The notes: generated from the letters alone by a model not told the origin. A stretch of DNA of 64,000 nucleotides from Candidatus Sumerlaeaceae bacterium (GCA_026418615.1 JAOAAY010000001.1:142052-206051); one strand, 5' to 3'; positions 19,194 through 29,422 are shown, counted from the stretch's first letter. Numbers and translations: made by a program.

Positions 19194-20912
19194 ATGAAGA
19201 CGATCATCAGCCTCCTCGATTCAGCCTTCCGCGCGGCGATTGACGCCGCCACCGGATTGCACGCCGACCCGCTCATCACTCCCGCGACGAACGAGCGCTT
19301 CGGTGATTACCAGTCCAACGCCGCCATGAGCCTCGCGAAGCAGATCCCCGCAGCACAGGGCGGCAAGATCAACCCGCGCGAACTCGCCCAGCGGATCGTC
19401 GAAAAACTCGACCTCGGCCCCATGGCCTCCGAAGTGAGCATCGCCGGCCCCGGATTTATCAATGTGCGGCTTTCCCCCGCGTGGCTTGCAGCCCAACTGG
19501 CCTCCGTGGCCTCAGATCCGCGGCTTGGGGTTGAACGCGCCGCTTCACCCGTTCGGGTCGTCATTGATTATTCCGGACCCAATGTTGCCAAACAAATGCA
19601 TGTTGGCCACTTGCGCAGCACGGTCATCGGCGACGCACTCAGCCGCATCATTGAATTCTTTGGCCATGAGGTCATCCGCCAGAACCATTTGGGCGATTGG
19701 GGAACCCAGTTCGGGATGCTCATTGCCCATTTGCGCGAAATCGGGCTTGGTGCCGACGCACACATCGCTGATCTGGAAACCTTTTATCGGGAAGCCAAGG
19801 AACGATTTGATTCTGATCCGGCGTTTCAGGACAAGGCCCGCCACACCGTGGTCCGACTGCAAAGCGGCGAACCGGAGGAACTGGCCGCCTGGCAGCGCAT
19901 CGTCGAGGAAACCCGGCTGCACTACCAACCGTTGTACGAGCGTCTCGGAGTGCTTCTCCGGCGGGAACACGAGCGCGGCGAATCGTTCTATAATCCGCTG
20001 TTGGGACCGGCGGTCGAGGACTTGCGCGCCAAAGGGATCGCCGTTGAAAGCGAGGGCGCCGTGGTCGTCTTCGTCGAAGGCTACGACACCCCGCTGATCG
20101 TCCAAAAATCCGGCGGCGGTTATCTTTACGCGACAACCGATTTGGCAGCCATCCGGTTCCGTGTTTCGGAACTTGGCGCGCGGCGCATCATTTACACTCA
20201 CGATGTGCGCCAGTCGCAGCATTTCGCCATGGTATTTGCTGTCGCACGACGCGCCGGTTGGGCCGATGGCGTGGAACTCGATTTCGCTCCCTTCGGGGCG
20301 ATGCTGGGCGAGGACGGGCGACCGTTCAAAACCCGCAGCGGGGACACGGTGAAACTCAAGGACCTGCTCGACGAAGCCGAGGAACGCGCGTTTGTGATTG
20401 TCAGCGAGAAAAACCCTGAACTCCCCGAGCCGCAGCGCCGCGCCATTGCCAGGGCTGCCGGCATCGGAGCGGTGAAATACGCCGACCTCGCCAAGGATCG
20501 CGTCGGCGACTATGTCTTCTCGTGGGACCGGATGCTGGCGCTCGACGGCAACACGGCGCCTTACATGCAGTACGCTTGCGCCCGCATCAAGAGCATCGTC
20601 CGCAAGGCAGGGGGCGACACGGGTAATCCGACCGCCATATCCTTGGACACACCGCACGAGCAGGTGCTCGCCCGACAGATCCTGCGGCTGGGTGAAGTCC
20701 TTGCCGTGGTGGAGCGAGAACTCAAACCCCACCATTTATGCGGATGGCTGTACGACCTGGCGACGCGCTTCAGCGCCTTCTACGAGAATTGTCCCGTCTT
20801 GATCAGTGACGGCCCGCTGCGTGCCGGACGCCTCGCCCTGTGCGCCCTTACAGCGCGGGCTCTGGAACTGGGTCTCGACTTGCTCGGGATCGAGCACCCC
20901 GATCAGATGTGA
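19194..20912 (+). CDS. argS: arginine--tRNA ligase
   Basis: Class-I HIGH motif as QMHVGHLRS. KMSK-region equivalent and an N-terminal Arg-tRNA-binding domain. Track ORF trimmed to the MKTIISLL Met (572 aa). Confidence 0.93.
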   Translation: MKTIISLLDSAFRAAIDAATGLHADPLITPATNERFGDYQSNAAMSLAKQIPAAQGGKINPRELAQRIVEKLDLGPMASEVSIAGPGFINVRLSPAWLAAQLASVASDPRLGVERAASPVRVVIDYSGPNVAKQMHVGHLRSTVIGDALSRIIEFFGHEVIRQNHLGDWGTQFGMLIAHLREIGLGADAHIADLETFYREAKERFDSDPAFQDKARHTVVRLQSGEPEELAAWQRIVEETRLHYQPLYERLGVLLRREHERGESFYNPLLGPAVEDLRAKGIAVESEGAVVVFVEGYDTPLIVQKSGGGYLYATTDLAAIRFRVSELGARRIIYTHDVRQSQHFAMVFAVARRAGWADGVELDFAPFGAMLGEDGRPFKTRSGDTVKLKDLLDEAEERAFVIVSEKNPELPEPQRRAIARAAGIGAVKYADLAKDRVGDYVFSWDRMLALDGNTAPYMQYACARIKSIVRKAGGDTGNPTAISLDTPHEQVLARQILRLGEVLAVVERELKPHHLCGWLYDLATRFSAFYENCPVLISDGPLRAGRLALCALTARALELGLDLLGIEHPDQM

Positions 20913-20919
20913 GAACACA

Positions 20920-22023
20920 TTAATCAAGCACACCCTCGGCAAGACCCGGCGGCAATGGCTGCGGCCGCTCGCACGCGCAAACGATGTCCACAAACTGATG
21001 CGCCGCAGCAGACTCGTGTAACGCCTGCATCACATCAACCACATGAAGTGCAAGCGCCTCCGAGCACCTGTGCTGGCGACCTGTCTCGATCGCGCGCGCC
21101 ATGTCGGCGACGCCGAGTCCGCGCCAATTGTCCAAATAACCGTGCGTCAGCGGCATTTCTCGCCAAGAAGTCTCGCCCCGCCGACACAGACGCACCGGAC
21201 CGCCGAACCCGTTCGGGTCCGGCACGCTCAGGCTGCCTTCCGATCCGTAAACCTCAATACGCGGCAAATCCGCGAATGGGACATCGAAACTCGTGACAAG
21301 TGTGACGATCACACCGTCTGCCAGTTCCAGCAGGCCCGTAACATGTGTAGGAACTTGCACCGGTATGCTGGCACCCCGGCGCGGTCCGCTTCCCACGACA
21401 CGCTCGGCATGACCCCGCGCCGTCATCCCCGCCACACGCCGGACCGGCCCGAGCATGGCGACCAGTGCCGCCAGATAATAAGGCCCCATGTCAAACATGG
21501 GACCGCCACCCGGTTGATAGTAAAAAGCGGGATCGGGGTGCCACGACTCGTGACCGGGGCAGGTGAAGAAGGCCGTTGCCGCCACCGGCCGGCCAATCGC
21601 CCCGTCATGAATCAATTGGATACATGACTGAATACCGGCGCCCAGGATTGTGTCCGGGGCGCAGCCGATCCGCAAATTGCGGGACTTTGCCACATCACAC
21701 AGCCGGCGGGCGTCATTGCGGGTCAGGGCAAGCGGCTTCTCGCTATAAACGGATTTTCCGGCATCCAAAGCCGCCTCGGAAACCGGGGCGTGGGCAGCCG
21801 GCACGGTGAGATTCACAACAATCTGAATGTCCGGATCAGTCAGGAGATTCTCTGGCGTACAAGCCCGTCCGACCCCGCAGGCCTTGGCGGCCGCGCCAGC
21901 GCGCGCCATGTCGAGATCGGCACACGCCACCAACCGCAGCCAGGGAAACCGCTGAAGATTTCGCAAGTAAACCGCGCTGATATTCCCGCAGCCAATGACG
22001 CCCACACCCGTTGCCTGTGTCAT
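20920..22023 (-). CDS. Gfo/Idh/MocA family NAD(P)-dependent oxidoreductase
   Basis: N-terminal Rossmann GVIGCGNISAVY and the EKP motif (YSEKPLA) characteristic of the family. The start at the MTQATG Met overlaps the upstream ThuA stop in an ATGA configuration. Confidence 0.8.
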   Translation of the reverse strand: MTQATGVGVIGCGNISAVYLRNLQRFPWLRLVACADLDMARAGAAAKACGVGRACTPENLLTDPDIQIVVNLTVPAAHAPVSEAALDAGKSVYSEKPLALTRNDARRLCDVAKSRNLRIGCAPDTILGAGIQSCIQLIHDGAIGRPVAATAFFTCPGHESWHPDPAFYYQPGGGPMFDMGPYYLAALVAMLGPVRRVAGMTARGHAERVVGSGPRRGASIPVQVPTHVTGLLELADGVIVTLVTSFDVPFADLPRIEVYGSEGSLSVPDPNGFGGPVRLCRRGETSWREMPLTHGYLDNWRGLGVADMARAIETGRQHRCSEALALHVVDVMQALHESAAAHQFVDIVCACERPQPLPPGLAEGVLD

Positions 22024-22679
22024 GACAGTCTCCCTGCCGCCCAAAGCAGCCCTCGCTCGACAATGGTCAGAGCCTCGGGCACCTCAAAGTCCGCAACGGT
22101 ATGGCCAAACGACGCATAAAAGACCCGGCCTGCCCCCCAGCGCCGCGTCCAGACCACCGGCATGACCGTGCCATGACCGGTTGGCGCATCAGGACAGTCG
22201 AAAACGGTGGTCGCCAGCACCGTGTTGGACGGGTCAGTGTGCATGTAATATTGTTCCGTGTTGTGCATCTCGAACGGGCCGATTCCTGCAGTGACAGGAT
22301 GCGGCACATCTGTCGGGCGCACCGTGTACACCGGGATGCAGTTGCCCGGGTGAGCCACCCATTGCCCGCCGGTCATCCATTGATATTCTGGATTATTGCG
22401 GAAAGAGTCGCACATCGTGCCGTGCCAACCGCCTACACCCGCTCCCGACCGCACGGCGTCGAGCAGCCCGCGCTCCTGCTCCGGTGTCAGCACTCCCATC
22501 GTCCACACCGGAACAATCAGCGCCACGGCGGCCATCAGGTTAGTATCGGCCAAACAATCGAGTGCGTCCGACATGACCACCTCGAACCCATGCTGCGCAA
22601 GCCGACCCGCAAACAGCGCAGCGGATTCGCGGGGTGTGTGTCCCTCCCAACCGCCCACTACAAACAGTGCCTTGCTCAT
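22020..22679 (-). CDS. ThuA-like (trehalose-utilisation) class-I glutamine-amidotransferase-like protein
   Basis: MSKALFVVGGWEGH start and about 220 aa size fit the ThuA domain. This is the classic partner of Gfo/Idh/MocA oxidoreductases. Start trimmed. Confidence 0.65.
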   Translation of the reverse strand: MSKALFVVGGWEGHTPRESAALFAGRLAQHGFEVVMSDALDCLADTNLMAAVALIVPVWTMGVLTPEQERGLLDAVRSGAGVGGWHGTMCDSFRNNPEYQWMTGGQWVAHPGNCIPVYTVRPTDVPHPVTAGIGPFEMHNTEQYYMHTDPSNTVLATTVFDCPDAPTGHGTVMPVVWTRRWGAGRVFYASFGHTVADFEVPEALTIVERGLLWAAGRLS

Positions 22680-22707
22680 GACACTCCCAGCCTGCCGGAC
22701 GCCGGCA

Positions 22708-23337
22708 TCAATCAAAGTCTGGCGGCAGGTCCGGCCGCCGAACCAACTCGAACATCCGATGGATCTGCTCGCGGGTCACCCGGGAAAGAGACAGGTCCAC
22801 CGGGATCTCCTCTTCTGCGAAGAACTCCACGCGCCCCGTCTCGGCGCTGGATCTGGCCTCGCCGCCAGTCATCTCGCACTGAAAATAGATCTTGTAGACA
22901 TGCACGGGCATGGGGGGTTCATGCCCCCTGAGGCTCCGGTCGTACAAGGCCAGCAGCCGCACAGGACGCACCTCGAAGCCTGACTCCTCGCGAACCTCCC
23001 GCACACAGTTTTCCGCCGGCGAGGCGTTCACATCAGCCCAGCCGCCCGGCAGTGTCCACCTCCCGCCGTCGGCCAGTTCCTGAACAAGCAAAATGCGCCA
23101 ATCCTGCATCACCACCACACGCACATCGACCTTCGGGGTGATGTACCCGGTATCAACGCGGAACAGGTCGAGGATCTTCTCCGCCGGCGCGCCCGACTGG
23201 GCGGCGGCCATTTCCGCAGCGATCCGCAGCACCGCTGTGTAGCGGTCGCGGTCGTATTCGTTGCTTGCGTAATGCAAACCCGTTTGGGCGAGCGCGTGCA
23301 GTTCCTTCACCCATGCCAGCCACCGTGGCTCTGTCAT
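22708..23337 (-). CDS. NUDIX hydrolase (ADP-ribose pyrophosphatase-like)
   Basis: NUDIX box GGWADVNASPAENCVREVREESGFEV. N-terminal extension as in ADPRase-type NUDIX proteins. Start trimmed to the MTEPRW Met to avoid overlap with the upstream gene. Confidence 0.7.
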   Translation of the reverse strand: MTEPRWLAWVKELHALAQTGLHYASNEYDRDRYTAVLRIAAEMAAAQSGAPAEKILDLFRVDTGYITPKVDVRVVVMQDWRILLVQELADGGRWTLPGGWADVNASPAENCVREVREESGFEVRPVRLLALYDRSLRGHEPPMPVHVYKIYFQCEMTGGEARSSAETGRVEFFAEEEIPVDLSLSRVTREQIHRMFELVRRPDLPPDFD

Positions 23338-23347
23338 GTGCGGATCG

Positions 23348-24946
23348 TCACTTGTACAGGAAATATTTTTCTCGCTCTTTGGCATAGCGGTCGCGCTCCG
23401 CCGCCCACATGGCGCTCACCTCGGCTCCGCTCTTTCCCGCTTTCAGCGCTGCGCGCACCTTGTTTGTGCCCATCACCTTGTTGAACATGGCAACACGGTT
23501 GCGGCGCTTGACCGGATCCGCCCCGGCGCCGCTGTCGAGAAACTCCTGTTCCGGATACAGCCGGTTGATCACGGCGATGATGTGCATGGAGGCCTCGACT
23601 GGCATCACCTTGTCATAGTCCGTGATGTGGATTTGCACGCCGCCACACATTTTATCTTTGAACACATGGTAGTAAGGGCGGAAATACGCCGGGCGGAAGA
23701 CGAGACCCGGCAGACCCTCACGGTTGAGTTCCGCGGCCAGCCGGTCCGGGTCAATCCAAGGCGCTCCAAAGTAGGCAAACGGCAGCGGATAGCCCACGCC
23801 CTCGTTGATCACATTGAGTTCGCCAAAGGTGCCCGTGAGCGCAATGTACCAGCAAGCCTCCGGCACCTGCATGTGGGTCGAGGTCGGGATCCACGGCAGG
23901 CCGGTGTCCCACCATTTCATGTCGCGAGTCCAGCCTTTCATCGGCACCACGGTCAGATCGCAGCCTATGCCCGTCTCGGTGTTCAGCCACCCGGCCAACT
24001 CCCCTTGAGTCAGGCCGTATAAGTATGCGACAGGCGCCCAAGCCACGAGCGTGACATACGACGGGTCGGCCACATTGCCGGAAACAAGGTTGCCGCCCAT
24101 GGGGTTTGGGCGGTCGAGCACCCAGAACTCCTTGCCGTTTTCCGCCGCAGCCTGCATGCAGAGTTTCATAGTTCCCGGATAAGTGTACGACCGGTTGCCG
24201 ATATCCTGTATGTCGTACATCAGCACATCGACATTCTCGAGCATGGAGGGACGCGGCTTGTTCTGCGGACGCCCCTTCTTATCGCGCCCGTGCAGGCTGT
24301 AGACGATGACTCCCGTCCGCTCGTCCACGCGTGTCTCAACCTTCTCCCCCGCACGCTCGGCGCCGCGAACGCCGTGTTCTGGAGCAAACAAAGCCGTCAA
24401 TTTGATGTCCGGATGGCTGGCCAGTTTATCAATCGTCGAGACGAAAGCACTGTCCATGCCGGTGGGATTTGTAATCAATCCGATGCGCTTGCCTTTGAGC
24501 CGCGCCAACAGTTCCGGACTGTCGAACAGCACTTCGTTGCCAAGGCGCACCTTTACCCCCGGAATCCGGGCCTTGAACGGTTCCACCTTGCCCGCCGACT
24601 GTCGCCACCGAGCATTCGAGGCCGAAGAGATGGCGTCCGCTTGACGCGCGCGCTCGTCCGCCAGTTTTGCCACGGCTTCGGTCGTCCGTAGGTCTGCGAA
24701 AGCCGGCGGCGTGGTAACAAACTCGTCCTGAAAAAACGCTTCGGTGCGCTCCGGCGACACGCTCGTGTCGCCAAAGAGGTGTTTGAAGTCCTCATCCGTC
24801 ACCGGGCCCTTGGCGTTGCGCGGGAGAGGCTTGGCTGTGCCGTCGGGCGGCGTGGTAGTCCCTGTATCAGTGCTCACTGCATATCCCGCTGCGGCAGTGG
24901 CAACCGTCACCGCCGTCAGGCAGGCGGTCAGGTAATGATGAAACAT
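23348..24946 (-). CDS. DUF1343 family protein (NamZ/YbbC-like exo-beta-N-acetylmuramidase family), secreted
   Basis: 532 aa with signal peptide. Core block GLITNPTGMDSAFVSTIDKL...ALFAPEHGVRGA is the DUF1343 signature. Ends with a C-terminal extension. Confidence 0.72.
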   Translation of the reverse strand: MFHHYLTACLTAVTVATAAAGYAVSTDTGTTTPPDGTAKPLPRNAKGPVTDEDFKHLFGDTSVSPERTEAFFQDEFVTTPPAFADLRTTEAVAKLADERARQADAISSASNARWRQSAGKVEPFKARIPGVKVRLGNEVLFDSPELLARLKGKRIGLITNPTGMDSAFVSTIDKLASHPDIKLTALFAPEHGVRGAERAGEKVETRVDERTGVIVYSLHGRDKKGRPQNKPRPSMLENVDVLMYDIQDIGNRSYTYPGTMKLCMQAAAENGKEFWVLDRPNPMGGNLVSGNVADPSYVTLVAWAPVAYLYGLTQGELAGWLNTETGIGCDLTVVPMKGWTRDMKWWDTGLPWIPTSTHMQVPEACWYIALTGTFGELNVINEGVGYPLPFAYFGAPWIDPDRLAAELNREGLPGLVFRPAYFRPYYHVFKDKMCGGVQIHITDYDKVMPVEASMHIIAVINRLYPEQEFLDSGAGADPVKRRNRVAMFNKVMGTNKVRAALKAGKSGAEVSAMWAAERDRYAKEREKYFLYK

Positions 24947-25039
24947 GGCAAATGGCTCCGTTGAAGAGAGGTGGCCGATTCATACTGCGCACACTGATGC
25001 CGCCTCACGACCGAGGCAACCCCGAACGGCAGGTGGGTA

Positions 25040-25768
25040 CTATTCCTCGGCCGCCAGACGCTTTTGATTAACGATCGTGATTGTCCGTCCCCGCGTCGTG
25101 ATCGCTCCGTTGGCTGCCAACTGAGCCAGCATGCGCGAGAAGGTCTCCGGAGTCATACCCAGCGAGGCAGCCAAATCGCGCTTAGTTCCCTCAATGCGCA
25201 CCGTACGCGATCCGTCGGCGCCCCGCATGGACGGTTGATCGAGAAGCCACGAGACCAGCCGTTGGCGAGCGGGCTGAGTGCTTTGTTGTTCAAGCCGGTC
25301 GGCCAGTTCGCTCAGCCGCATCGCCAAAGACGCTATCATACATCGCGACAAGTCCGGCCGCTGCGCAAGCAGGTCGAGGAAAGTGTTTCCGGACACAAGA
25401 ACCAATTCAGCATCCGGTGTCACCACGCGTCCGTTGGCCGGAAAGGACCGGCCGAGAAAAAGCGCCGCACAGGCGACCACGGCCCCTTTCCCCACCTCAT
25501 GTAAAGCGACCTCGCGGCCATCCGCCGTGATCCGATATAACTGCACGCGCCCTTCGGTGAGCAGATATAGGGCGTCACAGGCAGCACCCTCCAAAAAGAG
25601 CGTGCTTCCACGGCGCGGACGCACGATCCGGCTCATAGCCGCCACGCGCATCAGGTCCGCCCCGCTCCACCCCCGAAACAGCGGGTGCGAGGCCAAACGC
25701 CCAGCGACCATCGCCGCCGAGTCAGGCGCCTGCTGCGAACCCATTTCGCGTGTCCGTTTCAGAGCCAT
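25040..25768 (-). CDS. Crp/Fnr family transcriptional regulator (HcpR-like)
   Basis: cNMP-binding-like beta-barrel region followed by the HTH RDLAASLGMTPETFSRMLAQL. Divergent from hcp, the arrangement described for HcpR regulators. Confidence 0.85.
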   Translation of the reverse strand: MALKRTREMGSQQAPDSAAMVAGRLASHPLFRGWSGADLMRVAAMSRIVRPRRGSTLFLEGAACDALYLLTEGRVQLYRITADGREVALHEVGKGAVVACAALFLGRSFPANGRVVTPDAELVLVSGNTFLDLLAQRPDLSRCMIASLAMRLSELADRLEQQSTQPARQRLVSWLLDQPSMRGADGSRTVRIEGTKRDLAASLGMTPETFSRMLAQLAANGAITTRGRTITIVNQKRLAAEE

Positions 25769-25813
25769 GCCAAGTGCTCACCGACCGTGCGGTTCAAATC
25801 AATGTCTCGGAAC

Positions 25814-25827
25814 TTGACTGGCGTCAA
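25814..25827. promoter_or_regulatory. putative HcpR/FNR-type operator (TTGAC-N4-GTCAA)
   Basis: Perfect palindrome TTGACtggcGTCAA lies about 90 bp upstream of the hcp start and about 45 bp upstream of the divergent regulator. It matches the Crp/Fnr-family consensus half-sites. Confidence 0.45.
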
Positions 25828-25918
25828 GGCGTCAATCCGGACCGATGCGGTACGCTCCCTCCCCATCACAGCCGGATCACCGCCCCATGATTCGGAACTC
25901 AGATAGGAGAGAAAACCC

Positions 25919-27250
25919 ATGAGTACGCCATTCTGCAGTCCGATGTACTGCGACCAATGCGAACAAACTTTCCGCGGTCGGGCCTGCACGGAGATAGGAG
26001 TCTGCGGCAAGGACCCCGACATGGAGTCGCTGCAAAAGATCCTGCTGTACGGCCTCAAAGGCATGGCCGCCTATGCTCACCACGCGCGCAGGCTGGGCAT
26101 GGTGGATGAGGAGGTGGACGCCTTCATGGAGGAGGCGTTGTTTGCCACCGTCACCAATGTGAACTTCGACATCCCCACCCTCCTCGAGATGGTGCTCGAG
26201 TGTGGCCGGATGAACCTGCGAGTCATGCAGATGCTCAACGACGGCCACCTGAAAGTCATGGGTCAACCGTCGCCCGTCGAGGTCACGGAGGGGATTCAGG
26301 AGGGCATGGGCATCCTCGTCACCGGCCATGATTTGGTGGATCTCAAAGACCTGCTCGAGCAGACCGAGGGCACCGGCATCAAAGTTTACACCCATGGTGA
26401 AATGCTGCCGGCTCACATGTACCCGGAGTTGCGAAAATACCAACACCTTGCGGGGCATTATGGCGGCGCTTGGCAAAAGCAGCGCGACGAGTTCGAAGCC
26501 TTCGGCGGACCCATCCTCGGCACCACTAATTGTGTGCTCATTCCTTGGCCAACCAATACCTATCTGGATCGCTTCTACACCACCCGGGCCACCGCCGTAC
26601 CGGGCGCGACGCGTCTGAAAACCAATGACTTCTCGGCTGTCATCCGGCGCGCTCAACAGATCGGACCGCTCAAGCCAACAGCCGTGAAGAAATCCACGAT
26701 CGGGTTTCATGCATCCGTTCTCCTCGGCTTGGCTGACAAAATCGTGGATGCCGTCAAAAAGGGTCAAATCGGCCGATTCTTCGTCATTGGCGGCTGCGAC
26801 GGTGCGGAGCCGGGCCGCAATTACTTTGCCGAGTTCGCCCAAAACACCCCTGCCAACACCCTGATTCTGACGCTCGGTTGCGGCAAATACCGGATCCGCG
26901 ATTACGACTACGGAACCATCAAATTGAACGGCTTGGAGGTGCCGCGCCTGCTCGACATGGGGCAATGCAACGATGCCTACGGAGCAGTACAAGTGGCCCT
27001 TGCGCTCGCAAGAGCCTTCGAGTGCGGCGTGAACGATTTGCCGCTAACTCTTGTGATCAGTTGGTTTGAGCAAAAGGCTGTGGCCGTCCTTCTCACCTTG
27101 CTGCATCTCGGCGTCAAAGGCATCCGACTCGGGCCAGCATTGCCAGCCTTTATCACCCCGAATGTTCTTAAAGTATTACAGGAACAATTTGACCTCAAAC
27201 CCATTGGCACGAATGCTGCCGCCGATGTGGAACTCGTCATGGCCCGGTGA
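25919..27250 (+). CDS. hcp: hybrid-cluster protein / hydroxylamine reductase (short class)
   Basis: 443 aa. N-terminal Cys cluster MYCDQCEQT...CTEIGVCGK and downstream conserved blocks are typical of Hcp. The size fits the short (class 3) Hcp group. Confidence 0.8.
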   Translation: MSTPFCSPMYCDQCEQTFRGRACTEIGVCGKDPDMESLQKILLYGLKGMAAYAHHARRLGMVDEEVDAFMEEALFATVTNVNFDIPTLLEMVLECGRMNLRVMQMLNDGHLKVMGQPSPVEVTEGIQEGMGILVTGHDLVDLKDLLEQTEGTGIKVYTHGEMLPAHMYPELRKYQHLAGHYGGAWQKQRDEFEAFGGPILGTTNCVLIPWPTNTYLDRFYTTRATAVPGATRLKTNDFSAVIRRAQQIGPLKPTAVKKSTIGFHASVLLGLADKIVDAVKKGQIGRFFVIGGCDGAEPGRNYFAEFAQNTPANTLILTLGCGKYRIRDYDYGTIKLNGLEVPRLLDMGQCNDAYGAVQVALALARAFECGVNDLPLTLVISWFEQKAVAVLLTLLHLGVKGIRLGPALPAFITPNVLKVLQEQFDLKPIGTNAAADVELVMAR

Positions 27251-27339
27251 TACCGCCATTCGCTGCCAGTCCCCGCGGTGCTTGGGTGCCCACGGCGTGC
27301 AGGATTGGATCCATAACTGGGTTGATTGGTGACGGTCCC

Positions 27340-27386
27340 GACAACCTCCCACTCGTCGCAGCGGGCGGGAGGTTGTCGCTCTTTTG
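27340..27386 (+). terminator. rho-independent terminator after hcp
   Basis: Perfect 11-bp stem GACAACCTCCC/GGGAGGTTGTC with a 16-nt loop, followed by GCTCTTTTGTC. Sits between the convergent hcp and cstA genes. Confidence 0.55.
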
Positions 27387-27400
27387 TCGCCCGACGCCCC

Positions 27401-29203
27401 TTAGTCGGCCGCAGGTCCGGCCACGACAGGTGCATCCGACGGCAACCTCTCCCCGCCGGGCGGGCGGGTGAATGCGTGCCAAGTCCTCAGCGCCTCCACG
27501 ACCAGCCACACCGACAGAGCGATGAGCATGACCGTGATGCCAAACTGGAAGTGACGGATGATTTCCAAGGTCTGACCGGAACGCCACAAACCGATGTAGG
27601 CATGCGCGCCCAAGGCGAGGCTCCACAAGGTCATCACCATCATGAAGAGGGTCGGCACGAGCGCTACCCACCACGCCAGTCCTTTGCGGGCCAACCAAAC
27701 GGTGACAGCCAACAGAGTGAGTGCCGCAAGCAACTGGTTGCTGCTGCCGAAGATGCCCCAGAATATTTGCCAGAGAGGCATCGGTTTGCCCCCCCATTCT
27801 ACGCGCGGCAGCGATACGGCCACGACGGGAATCACGAGGCAGACGACCGTCGCCACCACGGCTTGGGCGCGGGTGGTCCAGCCGAAAAGTTCCATCAGCA
27901 CATAGCGCGCCAGCCTCGTGCAGGCATCCAGAGTATCAAAGACAAAAGTGGCAAAACATAGAAGGCCGAACTGAAAGAGAAAGTCGAACACCACGGCGCG
28001 GTTGAGACCCGTCAGCGTGACCAGCCGCGCGCCAAAATCCGCAATGCCATGGGCATAAATCCAATCGGGACCGCGCTTCAGGTCGCCACCAGCGAGAATC
28101 ATCACAGTCGCGAGGCTGACGCAGGCAAAGAACCCCTCCAACAGCATGGCACCGTAGGCGACCGGGCGGGCGTCCGTCTCGCGATCCAACTGTTTGCTGG
28201 TTGTCCCGCTTGCCACGATGCTGTGAAAGCCCGAGCAAGCCCCGCAGGCGACCGTTATGAACAAAATCGGGAACAGCGGCAGGGCGCCTTGTACCGGATG
28301 CTGATACGACCAGCCACGGAAAAAGTCCTGCTGGATCGGGATACCCCCCGCGAGACTCCCCGCCACGATGCCTCCGACCGCGAGAATCATGACAATGTAC
28401 AAAAAATAACCGCCCAACTCTCCCCGCGGCTGGAGCAGGATCCAGACTGGCGCCAGCGCCGCAAGAAAGCAGTACCCGAGCAGGATATACCCCCACACCT
28501 GTTGCGCACGGTCTCCGACGAAAGGGCGCAAATCCAAGGGAAGGTGCGGGCCGGCCCAGATCGCAACAAAGACGAGCGGCAGAAAAATCGCCTTCGCCTT
28601 CACAGGCCCCAAATTGGTGAACCGCAGGACCAAACCCATCGCCACGGCGAGTAGCAAATAAAGACTCGACGAGGAAGCCACACCCGGCCCGGATGCCGTG
28701 CCACCCTCGCGGCTGGCTTCGGCTACAAAGGTGCCCGCCGTGACATCCGTGAAGGCCACGATGACATACACGAGTGCGAACCAAACAAAAATCAGGAACA
28801 GAACATATGCGCGAGGGTTCATGTACTGCCGCACAATTTCCGCCACCGAGCGTCCGCGGTGGCGAACGCTGGCCACGAGCGCGGTAAAATCATGGATGCC
28901 GCCAATCAGTGCCGAGCCGAGGAGAATCCACAGCCACGCAGGCCCCCATCCGAAATAGATCGCGGCGAGGATCGGGCCTACGATCGGCCCCGCAGCCGCA
29001 ATCGCCGAAAAGTGCTGCGGCAGAAGATAAGACATGCGCGCCGGCTCGTAGTCCAGACCATCGCGCTGCGTATGGGCAGGCACCGGCGCATCCGGCCGAA
29101 GGTTGAGCATCCTTTGCAGTGCCCGACCCACAAGCGCGTACGCGGTCATCAGCACCACAAACGAAACCATAAGAAAAGCCAGCAAACCCATGGAATCCAC
29201 CAC
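27401..29203 (-). CDS. cstA: carbon starvation protein A (peptide/pyruvate transporter family)
   Basis: 600 aa, about 16 TM helices. Conserved block HFSAIAAAGPIVGPILAAIYFGWGPAWLWILLGSALIGGIHDF is the CstA signature. Confidence 0.9.
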   Translation of the reverse strand: MVDSMGLLAFLMVSFVVLMTAYALVGRALQRMLNLRPDAPVPAHTQRDGLDYEPARMSYLLPQHFSAIAAAGPIVGPILAAIYFGWGPAWLWILLGSALIGGIHDFTALVASVRHRGRSVAEIVRQYMNPRAYVLFLIFVWFALVYVIVAFTDVTAGTFVAEASREGGTASGPGVASSSSLYLLLAVAMGLVLRFTNLGPVKAKAIFLPLVFVAIWAGPHLPLDLRPFVGDRAQQVWGYILLGYCFLAALAPVWILLQPRGELGGYFLYIVMILAVGGIVAGSLAGGIPIQQDFFRGWSYQHPVQGALPLFPILFITVACGACSGFHSIVASGTTSKQLDRETDARPVAYGAMLLEGFFACVSLATVMILAGGDLKRGPDWIYAHGIADFGARLVTLTGLNRAVVFDFLFQFGLLCFATFVFDTLDACTRLARYVLMELFGWTTRAQAVVATVVCLVIPVVAVSLPRVEWGGKPMPLWQIFWGIFGSSNQLLAALTLLAVTVWLARKGLAWWVALVPTLFMMVMTLWSLALGAHAYIGLWRSGQTLEIIRHFQFGITVMLIALSVWLVVEALRTWHAFTRPPGGERLPSDAPVVAGPAAD

Positions 29204-29422
29204 GCCAATTCTTTCCCGTTGTCCCGGCGTTGTCGGTCATGCCGACGCGACCCGTTCGGTAGTTTGCTCCAGCGGCAGGTTCCGATGCAACATCGTAGAT
29301 GCCCTCACCCGCCACATACGCGTTTGCCCTTGATATTCCTGCCCCTATGGCGCGAATCAGGATTTCCGTCGGCAGTGCAGGCGCCTCAATTCAACGATTT
29401 GGCGGGGGCATAAGCGCACCGG

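Noticed and set aside
19545-20735. 396-aa minus-strand ORF
   Set aside because: Antisense to argS, which has the HIGH motif and full-length homology.
25877-26992. 371-aa minus-strand ORF
   Set aside because: Antisense to hcp.
27936-28784. 282-aa minus-strand ORF inside cstA in another frame
   Set aside because: The CstA frame is conserved end to end, so the alternative frame is a high-GC artefact.
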